A DNA stretch of 64,000 nt from sequence record NC_019505.1; one strand, given 5' to 3'. This DNA comes from Escherichia phage wV7. Of this stretch, positions 30,612 to 41,372 are shown piece by piece (position 1 is the first letter of the stretch; each line of letters opens with the position of its first letter). The translations under genes were made by a program, and so were the position numbers. Under the pieces are notes generated by a model. The model saw nothing but the letters and a program-made list of their open reading frames with translations, had not been told where the DNA came from and did not search any database.

Positions 30612-30810
30612 TTTCAATGCTTATAATTTCAACATCAGCCCAATGACCATAGCAAGGAAGACGAAATTCAACTGGCCAGTTAGGGTCCTTTTCTAATATA
30701 ATAGACTTAACTTGTGGTTCTTCATGTTCATCAGTATATGGATTTTTATCTGTTACTTTATATGTGACCTTAATGTACTGAATTCCAAAAATCTTATTAA
30801 TTATATTCAT
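30604..30810 (-). CDS. Hypothetical protein (68 aa)
   Basis: ATG start; tightly packed with neighbours. Confidence 0.5.
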   Translation of the reverse strand: MNIINKIFGIQYIKVTYKVTDKNPYTDEHEEPQVKSIILEKDPNWPVEFRLPCYGHWADVEIISIENA

Positions 30811-31004
30811 ACTAATTCCTTTAATCCGTAAATAGGAGATAATTCATCACCCATACGAAGGTCTTCATTTCCATCTACCCAGGAAACAATATAAGCCTCT
30901 TTTATTTGAACACCACTCCATTTAAATGGAGGTAGAACCTTAGAAATTAATCCAGGTATACCAACTCCCTTTAATTCAACAGTTTGACCTAAAAAGAATT
31001 TCAT
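30807..31004 (-). CDS. Hypothetical protein (65 aa)
   Basis: ATG start overlapping upstream stop. Confidence 0.5.
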   Translation of the reverse strand: MKFFLGQTVELKGVGIPGLISKVLPPFKWSGVQIKEAYIVSWVDGNEDLRMGDELSPIYGLKELV

Positions 31005-31291
31005 CAGAACCTCATCTGAAAGCCATGTGATTTAACATTACCGCCGCCAATATCAGAAATATTAATTTCACGCGCAATTGAAGGGTCAATGTCAATTTCA
31101 CGATTAAGTTTAGCGATAGCTAAAGTATCACGCCCATTTACTGTACGGAATTCTAAAGGACAAACCACATCAACATAATTTTTAATCGATTCACTGGTAG
31201 GTTGCAAATGAGCAGGAAGGTCTTTAGGCGCCTTAGAGAAAACAACTTCACAGAAATTTTTGCGGGTATCAAAATAAGTAGTCATAAACAT
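31004..31291 (-). CDS. Hypothetical protein (95 aa)
   Basis: ORF track extends to 31342; ATG at 31291 is preceded by GAGGAAAA. Start moved. Confidence 0.5.
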   Translation of the reverse strand: MFMTTYFDTRKNFCEVVFSKAPKDLPAHLQPTSESIKNYVDVVCPLEFRTVNGRDTLAIAKLNREIDIDPSIAREINISDIGGGNVKSHGFQMRF

Positions 31292-31307
31292 AGTATTTTC
31301 CTCAGTA

Positions 31308-31321
31308 AGGGGCCGAAGCCC
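31308..31321 (-). other. Intergenic C(UUCG)G hairpin
   Basis: Transcribed strand GGGGC-TTCG-GCCCC between two minus-strand ORFs. Confidence 0.45.
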
Positions 31322-31331
31322 CTGTTTTATT

Positions 31332-31697
31332 TTAAATATCAAATTCGTTAAGAACTACATCAAAGATTGCTTCAAGATGCTCAGGTTTAGCTCTGTTACT
31401 CAGAATATGACGAATCCAAGTTTTAACCAAAAGCTTGCGATTATCACCATTCCAGCAAGGATGAGTCCCTAAATCGCGTTGACGAAAATCATCATCCAGA
31501 GCGATTTTGAAGTTTGAACCTTCCATTGTGATTGAAACCGTGATGCCATTTTCAAATCGCATATAAACGTAGTTAGGAGTCATATACTGTTCAATTTCGC
31601 ATACTGATCCATTTTGATGTTTCCAAAGGCAGATAGTATCAATAGAACCTGCAATACCATTAGAAACATATTTACGTTCAAAGTTGATGTAGTTCAT
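31332..31697 (-). CDS. Hypothetical protein (121 aa)
   Basis: ATG start; intact ORF. Confidence 0.55.
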   Translation of the reverse strand: MNYINFERKYVSNGIAGSIDTICLWKHQNGSVCEIEQYMTPNYVYMRFENGITVSITMEGSNFKIALDDDFRQRDLGTHPCWNGDNRKLLVKTWIRHILSNRAKPEHLEAIFDVVLNEFDI

Positions 31698-31765
31698 TTT
31701 TATTCTCCGAGATGTTTAATTGCGGTACAGGTATATAATATCATATCCTGTACCAAAGTAAACAA

Positions 31766-32098
31766 TTATTTTACTACTTTCCAGTGCTTCATGTCAAGTT
31801 TACCAACTTTTTTCATCTTCTCAATCAAACGTTCGGCACGTTGGCGAGCTGTAACATAATACCATTCGCCTAATTCATTTTGTTCAATTTTTCCAACGAT
31901 TACTGTATTCAATTCATAAATCCAACCAGTAAAGAAATTATGAACTTGAATTGTAAAGGTGAAATCTGTTCCCATACCTTCTGTTGTTTCTACTTCAATA
32001 ATATCACCTTCAACTGCCATTAAGAACCACATAGTTTCATCATATTTACCATTGAAGCATTTAGTTTTAACTGCAGCGTTCAGATTAATCGTTTTCAT
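31766..32098 (-). CDS. Hypothetical protein (110 aa)
   Basis: ATG start; intact ORF. Confidence 0.55.
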   Translation of the reverse strand: MKTINLNAAVKTKCFNGKYDETMWFLMAVEGDIIEVETTEGMGTDFTFTIQVHNFFTGWIYELNTVIVGKIEQNELGEWYYVTARQRAERLIEKMKKVGKLDMKHWKVVK

Positions 32099-32172
32099 TT
32101 TATTCTCCTTTGTTTGTGTAAGATAATACTATCACAAAGGAACCATACTGTAAACAACTTTGTGCAATCTTT

Positions 32173-32203
32173 GGAAAATAAAAAAGGACTCCCGAAGGAG
32201 TCC
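32173..32203 (-). terminator. Rho-independent terminator (minus strand)
   Basis: Transcribed strand GGACTCC-TTCG-GGAGTCC followed by TTTTTTATTTTCC, 5 nt after the 58-aa ORF stop. Confidence 0.7.
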
Positions 32204-32208
32204 TCAAC

Positions 32209-32385
32209 TTATGCTTTCTGCTTACCAAAACGAGAAGCATCATCTCGAAGAACCGCACGTGCTCGGCGCATGATCTTCTCAACAGTTTGATTGATACGAG
32301 AGTTCGACCCACGCTTGTAACCAGCGCGTTTAGAATCACCAACTTTCTTTTCAACTGCTTTCTTTGCTTTAACTTGTTTTGCCAT
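32209..32385 (-). CDS. Small highly basic protein (58 aa; MAKQVKAKKAVEKK...)
   Basis: ORF track starts at 32427; internal ATG at 32385 preceded by AAAAGAG; K/R-rich, terminator follows. Confidence 0.5.
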   Translation of the reverse strand: MAKQVKAKKAVEKKVGDSKRAGYKRGSNSRINQTVEKIMRRARAVLRDDASRFGKQKA

Positions 32386-32674
32386 TATAAATTCTCTTTT
32401 AAATGAAAATGCAGGACTTATTGGCATTGCCTGCGCAAGCCCTCAAGGGGGAACATAGGTTTTGTATATTTACCGACAGGATAACCATAAACCTCGTCAA
32501 CATACCACCAAGACTTACACAGATAACACTTTTCTGACGCATGATAGTAACATTCAAGAGGTACACCATAAAACTGCCGGGGTCTTAAAACTATAATGAT
32601 TCGCAAATCATTAATCAGACAGTTCGATGGCTCCTCGATTTTAGCTCACACTAAGGCAGTGAATCTCCAATAAA

Positions 32675-32923
32675 TTACTTCAGTGTTACCACAAAGTGAC
32701 GAACTGCTTTTCGTGCAGCAGAAGCCAGAGGCTTAGCATACTTAAGTTCATCTTTTTCCTGAAGCTCAGCAGCTAATGCAGTTTGAGCAGGATTTAGATG
32801 TTTGAAATAACGCAGGATTTCAAGAGCTTCGGCTTCAACATCAATAGATGCGCCATAGTTTTCGTGACCATTATTCCATGCGTTTCGTTGCAGTTCAAGA
32901 GCGTGTTGTAATTGTTTAATCAT
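32675..32923 (-). CDS. rIII: RIII lysis-inhibition accessory protein (82 aa)
   Basis: Length 82 aa and position next to gene 31 as in T4. Confidence 0.75.
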   Translation of the reverse strand: MIKQLQHALELQRNAWNNGHENYGASIDVEAEALEILRYFKHLNPAQTALAAELQEKDELKYAKPLASAARKAVRHFVVTLK

Positions 32924-33062
32924 TTAAAAATTCTCGTTAGAGATTAAAACTCGGTAGTCACGTTCTTCTGAATTTCATCTTCTTTCGACAGATCTCTCAG
33001 TTGTAGACTACCACATAGAATTGTTCGGTTAACTTATTATTCCGACACCCAATTCATATTAT

Positions 33063-33070
33063 TATTTATA
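33063..33070 (-). promoter_or_regulatory. T4 late promoter box TATAAATA (minus strand) between 31 and rIII
   Basis: Reverse complement reads TATAAATA immediately after gene 31 stop. Confidence 0.4.
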
Positions 33071-33406
33071 TCACTTATAAAGACACGGAATAGCTTTATA
33101 GTGACAGGTAACGAATTTTTGTTTAATTTCTTTTGGCTGCTTAAGACCCAGAGCTACAAAAGGATGCGGAACGTTTCGAATTTGACCAACTGGAAGAGAA
33201 GTCAAATCACCAACTTCGCAGAAACCTTCAGGAACATCAGGACCGACAGAGTGAACTACACATAGTTCAGGAACTTCACCTTGAACACGTTTACCGATAA
33301 TAAGTCCTGATTCTGTAACTTCTTCATCACCGGCTTGTGCAGGTTCAGAAACTAAAATAACATATTCACCGACAGCACGAATTGGTAGCTGTTGTACTTC
33401 AGACAT
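33071..33406 (-). CDS. 31: gp31 co-chaperonin (GroES-like, 111 aa)
   Basis: Length 111 aa; sequence consistent with recalled T4 gp31. Confidence 0.9.
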
Positions 33407-33462
33407 CGTTTTTCCTTTTTGTTAACAGATGAATTAATAATAACAAATAATTCTTAAAGCAT

Positions 33463-33771
33463 TTATTTACCAATAAATTGGAGTAAATGCTCAACTTTCA
33501 TACCATTAACAGAAATCAATTTGTCAATAGAAAAACCTCGCCACTCGCCAAGCTCAACATCAAATACTGGAATCATATCAGTAGATTCTTTCCGAGCAGA
33601 TTCAGTCAATTTACCAGTTTGCATGGTTGGCATAAAGTCAGCATCGCGAGTACCTTTCATAGTACGAATAGTACCATCAGACTTTTCAAAAACTACGTTT
33701 GAAATACCCATGGACAATTTAGTTTTCAAAATTTCACGAATTGCTACTTTCTGTTCAGTTATCAGTTTCAT
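33463..33771 (-). CDS. Hypothetical protein (102 aa, 31.1-like position)
   Basis: ATG start; intact ORF. Confidence 0.6.
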   Translation of the reverse strand: MKLITEQKVAIREILKTKLSMGISNVVFEKSDGTIRTMKGTRDADFMPTMQTGKLTESARKESTDMIPVFDVELGEWRGFSIDKLISVNGMKVEHLLQFIGK

Positions 33772-34008
33772 TTATTTACCTATTACAGTTTTAATATGAG
33801 TTATTCCACGTTCTTTAAGGGTGGAAAGTAATTTTTGACATTTTTCTAAATCAGATTTCCAACTATATGGTCTATCTATACTAGTCCAATCAGTTTTATA
33901 ATACTGTTTCCATTTAGAGAAAAAATATTTCTTATACTCTACAGCAAACGAGATGTTCTCGTTAGAATAAGAACTAATTGCTGTAAGCTTTACCAAACGA
34001 AATTTCAT
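33772..34008 (-). CDS. Hypothetical protein (78 aa, 31.2-like position)
   Basis: ATG start; K/Y/W-rich. Confidence 0.55.
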   Translation of the reverse strand: MKFRLVKLTAISSYSNENISFAVEYKKYFFSKWKQYYKTDWTSIDRPYSWKSDLEKCQKLLSTLKERGITHIKTVIGK

Positions 34009-34589
34009 TATTCACCACAGAATTCGTTGATATTTTCCCAGTTTAACTTATTCAAGTTTTTCTTAGGAACATTAAACACTTCAATACCTGCATTTCGCAG
34101 AATATCATCCCAGCCAGGTTTATTTTTATCGTATGTTTCGCAATAAACCAGTTTTTTAATACCAGATTGAGCTATCGCTTTTGCACAATCTGGACAAGGA
34201 GAAAGTGTTACATACATAGTAGCACCTTCAATAGAAGAACCATTTCGTGCAGCAAACAAAATTGCATTTAGTTCAGCATGAATTTCATTTTTAGACGACC
34301 ATTCAGAGTGAGCGCTCCGGTGTTCTTTTGCCAAGACAAAACGATCAGTTGAACCAAATGATACACATTCGGGCTTATGACCTTGGATGATAGTATGTTT
34401 AGGCTTATTCAGCAACCAACCTTGCTCAGCAGCATAATCACAACAGTTCACACCACCAGCAGGTGAACCATTATATCCGGTAGAAATAATACGTCCATTC
34501 TTTTCAATTACTGCTCCTACCTTCCAGGAGCAACATTTTGATTCCTGCGATACTAAATATGCAATTTGAAGTACTGTACTCGCTTTCAT
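34008..34589 (-). CDS. cd: dCMP deaminase (193 aa)
   Basis: Zinc-binding deaminase motifs H-A-E (HAELNAI) and P-C-x-x-C (PCPDCAKAI); length as T4 Cd. Confidence 0.9.
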   Translation of the reverse strand: MKASTVLQIAYLVSQESKCCSWKVGAVIEKNGRIISTGYNGSPAGGVNCCDYAAEQGWLLNKPKHTIIQGHKPECVSFGSTDRFVLAKEHRSAHSEWSSKNEIHAELNAILFAARNGSSIEGATMYVTLSPCPDCAKAIAQSGIKKLVYCETYDKNKPGWDDILRNAGIEVFNVPKKNLNKLNWENINEFCGE

Positions 34590-34924
34590 TTCATAATCAC
34601 CAGATAAGCAGATTTAGCAGTTTCAACACGATAAATTTCGTGACGAAGTTTAGTTATACTTTTAATAACAGAACTAATTATATTCTGCCCATCTTTAAAG
34701 CGGTTTTTCTTATCAATAAAAATTGCGCCAACCATCTTTTTGTGAAGCTCAACTGGATACTTCGTCACAATAATAGCATCATATACGGAAGGATGAATAC
34801 TATTTACTAGAGTGTCATTCATTAAAGTTATTCTAATGAACTGTGCTGTTTCAGAGTCAAGCGCTCTATGATCGCCAGTATCATTTTCAAGACAATTATC
34901 AATTATATCAGTTAAATTCATCAT
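34586..34924 (-). CDS. Hypothetical protein (112 aa, cd.1-like)
   Basis: ATG start overlapping neighbour. Confidence 0.55.
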   Translation of the reverse strand: MMNLTDIIDNCLENDTGDHRALDSETAQFIRITLMNDTLVNSIHPSVYDAIIVTKYPVELHKKMVGAIFIDKKNRFKDGQNIISSVIKSITKLRHEIYRVETAKSAYLVIMK

Positions 34925-35160
34925 AGTACGCCATACACCCTTTGTGCTTCAACTAATCCATCAAAATCTAATTTAAGATGCGATATTTGATCGCCATCAC
35001 CTGGATTCACAATTACTAATACTGAACGAGGAGTTTCAGTAATAACACGAACCGATGTTTCAGGAAATCGTTCAGAAACCTTATTTACCAATTCCTGTGC
35101 AAATAGCTTAACTTTTTCTTGGAATTCTTTAACAGTAATCGGTTTTTCACTTAGCAGCAT
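34921..35160 (-). CDS. Hypothetical protein (79 aa, cd.2-like)
   Basis: ATG start; intact ORF. Confidence 0.55.
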   Translation of the reverse strand: MLLSEKPITVKEFQEKVKLFAQELVNKVSERFPETSVRVITETPRSVLVIVNPGDGDQISHLKLDFDGLVEAQRVYGVL

Positions 35161-35222
35161 TTTGTTTTCCTCATTTGTTTTGGTAGAGCTATAATATCAC
35201 AACTCTACCGTAAAGTAAACTA

Positions 35223-35498
35223 TTAAATTGCTTTGAATTCTGATGTCTGTGATTCAAAACGAATGTCGCCTTTGATAACTAGCTCAGCATCAAGACCGAA
35301 TACAACAATGATATGCGCGGAACCTGGATACAACGTGATGGCAACAGAATCCACCTGGTCTGGAAGCAAAGTGTTCAATACATGAGTCACTTGAGCATGA
35401 ATTCGAAGCTCGGCTGCGTTATCAAGCTTTTCAAACATATTATTAGCGATAATTTGACTAAACACTACTTCTACAATTTTAGAATAAGTCGGAAACAT
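35223..35498 (-). CDS. Hypothetical protein (91 aa, cd.3-like)
   Basis: ORF-track start 35528 is TTG; ATG at 35498 is preceded by GAGG. Confidence 0.5.
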   Translation of the reverse strand: MFPTYSKIVEVVFSQIIANNMFEKLDNAAELRIHAQVTHVLNTLLPDQVDSVAITLYPGSAHIIVVFGLDAELVIKGDIRFESQTSEFKAI

Positions 35499-35500
35499 AT

Positions 35501-35701
35501 TTACCTCACATAATTTTCTTCGAGCCAATCAATAACATCCAACGCATTATCAAAAGTTGAACCATCTACTTTGTCTTCTGTTTCATAATCAAGAACATCT
35601 AAACCTACTCTTCCATCAACAATAGGCCATAAACAAAATAGATATTTCTTTTCTTTTTCAATTTTATCACAAAGACGATAAATCTTTTCTATGTTATTCA
35701 T
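35501..35701 (-). CDS. Hypothetical protein (66 aa, cd.4-like)
   Basis: ATG start; intact ORF. Confidence 0.5.
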   Translation of the reverse strand: MNNIEKIYRLCDKIEKEKKYLFCLWPIVDGRVGLDVLDYETEDKVDGSTFDNALDVIDWLEENYVR

Positions 35702-35890
35702 AAGTTTTCCATGGTAAAGGCAGTTTAGTTTTCTTTACTGTTAGTTCAACATCAGGATTCTTTTCTCTTAATTTAAGGCATTCCTCCCAAGCTCTGATTT
35801 CACTAGTGAATACACAAAATTGCCCATTACTAGTACCGACTAAACCACTATTTACAATAATAATAGCCCAAGTTTCATGATGCCACGCCA

Positions 35891-35891
<1 letters not shown>
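35694..35891 (-). CDS. Hypothetical protein (65 aa, cd.5-like)
   Basis: ATG at 35891 overlaps pseT stop (TAATG); alternative start at 35921 lies inside pseT. Confidence 0.5.
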
Positions 35892-37091
<1,200 letters not shown>

Positions 37092-37095
<4 letters not shown>

Positions 37096-37322
37096 TTATT
37101 TTTCTCAACCAATGATTGAATATAATCATGCAGGTCTTTAGATGCTTTACCCCACTTATTTTGATATTCATTTTTGAGATTAGCGCGTGATTGAGCTAAT
37201 AAAACATCATTAGTTGGAGGTAAAGATTCTAATCGTTGAATCTGTCGTCCATAAATCATTGCAGCCATCTCGGATTCATAAATTAATCCTTTTAGATGTT
37301 CAAATTGATACCATGAAATCAT
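37092..37322 (-). CDS. Hypothetical protein (76 aa)
   Basis: ATG start; intact ORF. Confidence 0.5.
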
Positions 37323-37618
37323 TTACATTTATCCTCTTTTAGCTCTTGACGATAATAACATATCATAGTTTTCTGGTCATGTACATATCGTTTTACATCA
37401 TTAAGCCAAATACGAAATTCCTGAGAATCTTCAAATGGCATACCTACCCAAGCTTTACCATCAATAACTTTAACTTGCCAAGATAGTTTAGCTTCGTCAT
37501 ATGACTTTATTTGCACAGGCCAATTAGGATGAACTGTTTCTTTCTTTACTTCTAGAGGCTTTGTCGAACAACCAACTAGAAGACCAATAGATAATATTAC
37601 TGCAGATAATTTAATCAT
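37319..37618 (-). CDS. pseT.2: Putative o-spanin (Rz1-like outer-membrane lipoprotein, 99 aa)
   Basis: N-terminal signal with lipobox L-V-G-C (MIKLSAVILSIGLLVGCS); sits directly downstream of the i-spanin candidate; the T4 pseT.2/pseT.3 spanin pair is recalled from the literature. Confidence 0.6.
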   Translation of the reverse strand: MIKLSAVILSIGLLVGCSTKPLEVKKETVHPNWPVQIKSYDEAKLSWQVKVIDGKAWVGMPFEDSQEFRIWLNDVKRYVHDQKTMICYYRQELKEDKCK

Positions 37619-37968
37619 TTAGAAAGGTCCTGGATGTCTTCTGCGAACTTGTTGAAGGAGTTGTTGATTTGTTTTTCAACCAATCCTGGCTTACGAGCCA
37701 CCACATCCGCCTTCTTTGCATCTTTGCGCAGTTTTTCATTTTCACGCTCAATAGCAGCAATCGCCTCACGATTTTTATTATTCATCGCATCAATATAATT
37801 ATACTGAATTCGCAAATTATTTAATGCTAAGGCGTTTTCATTGGCCGTTTTTGTAATTTCTACAACAGACGTTTCTAATCTTTCTACCTTATTTTTTAAA
37901 ATAATAGATGTTCCGCCAAATGCTATTACAAGTAATAGCAATCCAGCTGTAAAATTACTTACATGCAT
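37615..37968 (-). CDS. pseT.3: Putative i-spanin (Rz-like, N-terminal TM helix plus coiled coil, 117 aa)
   Basis: Hydrophobic N-terminal segment FTAGLLLLVIAFGGTSIIL followed by a charged, coiled-coil-like region. Confidence 0.55.
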   Translation of the reverse strand: MHVSNFTAGLLLLVIAFGGTSIILKNKVERLETSVVEITKTANENALALNNLRIQYNYIDAMNNKNREAIAAIERENEKLRKDAKKADVVARKPGLVEKQINNSFNKFAEDIQDLSK

Positions 37969-38465
37969 AAAGTTTTAATAACCTCTATAATATCGTCTTG
38001 AGAAAGACCGTTAATTAAAATATGATGTTCAGCCGGAGATTTAGAAATTTTAAAGCACGCCGCAACATCTTCTGCCATATCCGATGCGCTACGATTTGGA
38101 TTACTAATTCCAAGACGATGCTTTCCTGTCAAAGGATTAACGATGATATAGCATTTGCAGCTATTGATATGAACATTAGGTTGAGTCTGATTAATAAACA
38201 CTTCACAATCATACTTAGCGAGTTGATTTTCTAAAAAGACTTTCATCTCCTCAACCGCATCAGGAAGCATATCACGGGCTTGCTCAAGACGACGATTTCG
38301 ATATTCTTTAATGGTCGTTTTCCGCTTGACTTGCTTAGCTAAATCTTTCTTAAGATCGGTGATATATCCAACTCGACGATTTCCTTTGAATACAGAAATC
38401 CCATCTGTAGTATCACCGTATGCTTCAACGACCATTTCAGTAGTAATAAGCTGCAAATCCATCAT
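37959..38465 (-). CDS. alc: Alc-like protein (168 aa)
   Basis: Length (~167 aa) and position between the pseT cluster and rnlA as in T4; assigned by synteny. Confidence 0.65.
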   Translation of the reverse strand: MMDLQLITTEMVVEAYGDTTDGISVFKGNRRVGYITDLKKDLAKQVKRKTTIKEYRNRRLEQARDMLPDAVEEMKVFLENQLAKYDCEVFINQTQPNVHINSCKCYIIVNPLTGKHRLGISNPNRSASDMAEDVAACFKISKSPAEHHILINGLSQDDIIEVIKTLCM

Positions 38466-38526
38466 AAAGTCCTCATGTTATGTCAGTAAGATTACTATAA
38501 CACAACACGAGGGACTTGTAAACAGC

Positions 38527-40114
<1,588 letters not shown>

Positions 40115-40125
40115 AATAAAATGGG

Positions 40126-40139
40126 CCTTGCGGCCCACT
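40126..40139 (-). other. Hairpin between nrdB stop and denA start
   Basis: GGGCC-TTGC-GGCCC (GCAA loop on the transcribed strand). Confidence 0.4.
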
Positions 40140-40141
40140 CC

Positions 40142-41320
40142 TTAAAAGTATTTTTTAAAACTCATCATAACTTTATCATCAACATCATTATCAATCTGTG
40201 CAACAAGATAAGATGACAGTTCTACTTCTTGCGGCGCGGATTGAACATTATCAGAATTAAGGTATTCACGAATCCAAGGATATGGATGTTTAACCGGAGC
40301 ATCGGTAATCGGGCATGGAAGACCACACTGTTTCATACGAGATACAGTTAAGTAATCAATAAAGCTCCACATGCTATTTGTATTTAATCCAGGAACATCG
40401 CCATCTTTAAATAAATGAACTGCCCAATCTTTTTCTTGGCGGTTAACTTCCATGAAAATATCAACTGCTTCTTGTTCACACTCTTTGGCAATTTTAACCC
40501 ATTCATCACCATCAGTGCCAAGTTGAAGTTGACGAATAATATATTGTGTACCTTTAAGATGAAGCTGCTCATCACGTGCAATGAACTTCATAATCTTGGC
40601 ATTACCTTCCATGATTTCCATGTTTTTATGGAAGTTAAAGGTACACGCAAATGATACATAAAAACGAATAGCTTCTAATGCATTAATAACGTGCAGACAG
40701 AGATAAAGCGACTTCATCAGGTCTCGTTTACATTCTTCCAAATGAGTGAGACTGTTTGAATATGCTTCTAAATCATATTCATTTTCAGCAAAATAACTAA
40801 AGTTTTCTTTGGCGTTTTCCCAAATACGTGTCTTGTCCAGAACATCATCATAATAACGACCAATAGATTCAGCACGTTTCATGATAGCTTTATCTAATAC
40901 AATCTCATCAAATACCTTTGACGGATCAGCATAAAGATTTCGCATAATATGAGTGTATGAACGACTGTGAATAGTTTCACTAAAAGTCCATGTAGCAACC
41001 CATGTATCAAGGCTTGGGTCTGAAATCAATGACATAAGTACAGCAGACGGTGCACGACCCTGAATGCTATCTAGAAGTGATTGATACTTCAGATTATTAG
41101 TAAAAATATTCTGCTGATATTGAGGAAGCTTATTAAACTGTGCAGCATCCATCATTAAGTTTACTTCTTCAGGACGCCAGAAAAATGACAACTGCTTTTC
41201 GGTTAAATCTTCAAAAACTTTATGACGTTGAATATCATAACGCGCAATACCAAGACCTGAACCAAAAAACATAGGTTCTTTTAAAACATCAACTGGATTT
41301 GTATTAAAAACTGTGCTCAT
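40142..41320 (-). CDS. nrdB: Ribonucleotide reductase small subunit, uninterrupted (392 aa)
   Basis: Single continuous ORF with R2 features; no intron interruption visible. Confidence 0.9.
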   Translation of the reverse strand: MSTVFNTNPVDVLKEPMFFGSGLGIARYDIQRHKVFEDLTEKQLSFFWRPEEVNLMMDAAQFNKLPQYQQNIFTNNLKYQSLLDSIQGRAPSAVLMSLISDPSLDTWVATWTFSETIHSRSYTHIMRNLYADPSKVFDEIVLDKAIMKRAESIGRYYDDVLDKTRIWENAKENFSYFAENEYDLEAYSNSLTHLEECKRDLMKSLYLCLHVINALEAIRFYVSFACTFNFHKNMEIMEGNAKIMKFIARDEQLHLKGTQYIIRQLQLGTDGDEWVKIAKECEQEAVDIFMEVNRQEKDWAVHLFKDGDVPGLNTNSMWSFIDYLTVSRMKQCGLPCPITDAPVKHPYPWIREYLNSDNVQSAPQEVELSSYLVAQIDNDVDDKVMMSFKKYF

Positions 41321-41348
41321 AAATTTTCCGCTTAGTTAATAGTTTGGT

Positions 41349-41366
41349 GACTCGTCCGTGAGTCAA
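41349..41366 (-). other. Intergenic hairpin between nrdA and nrdB
   Basis: TGACTC-GTCCGT-GAGTCA inverted repeat. Confidence 0.4.
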
Positions 41367-41372
41367 ATTATA

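Noticed and set aside
32403-32546. 47-aa plus-strand ORF (MKMQDLLALPAQ...)
   Set aside because: Opposite to the local transcription direction, no SD, overlaps the start of the basic-protein gene.
32418-32606. 62-aa minus-strand ORF in the rIII-proximal gap
   Set aside because: Begins with TTG, no SD, Cys/Trp/Tyr-rich odd composition; more likely non-coding.
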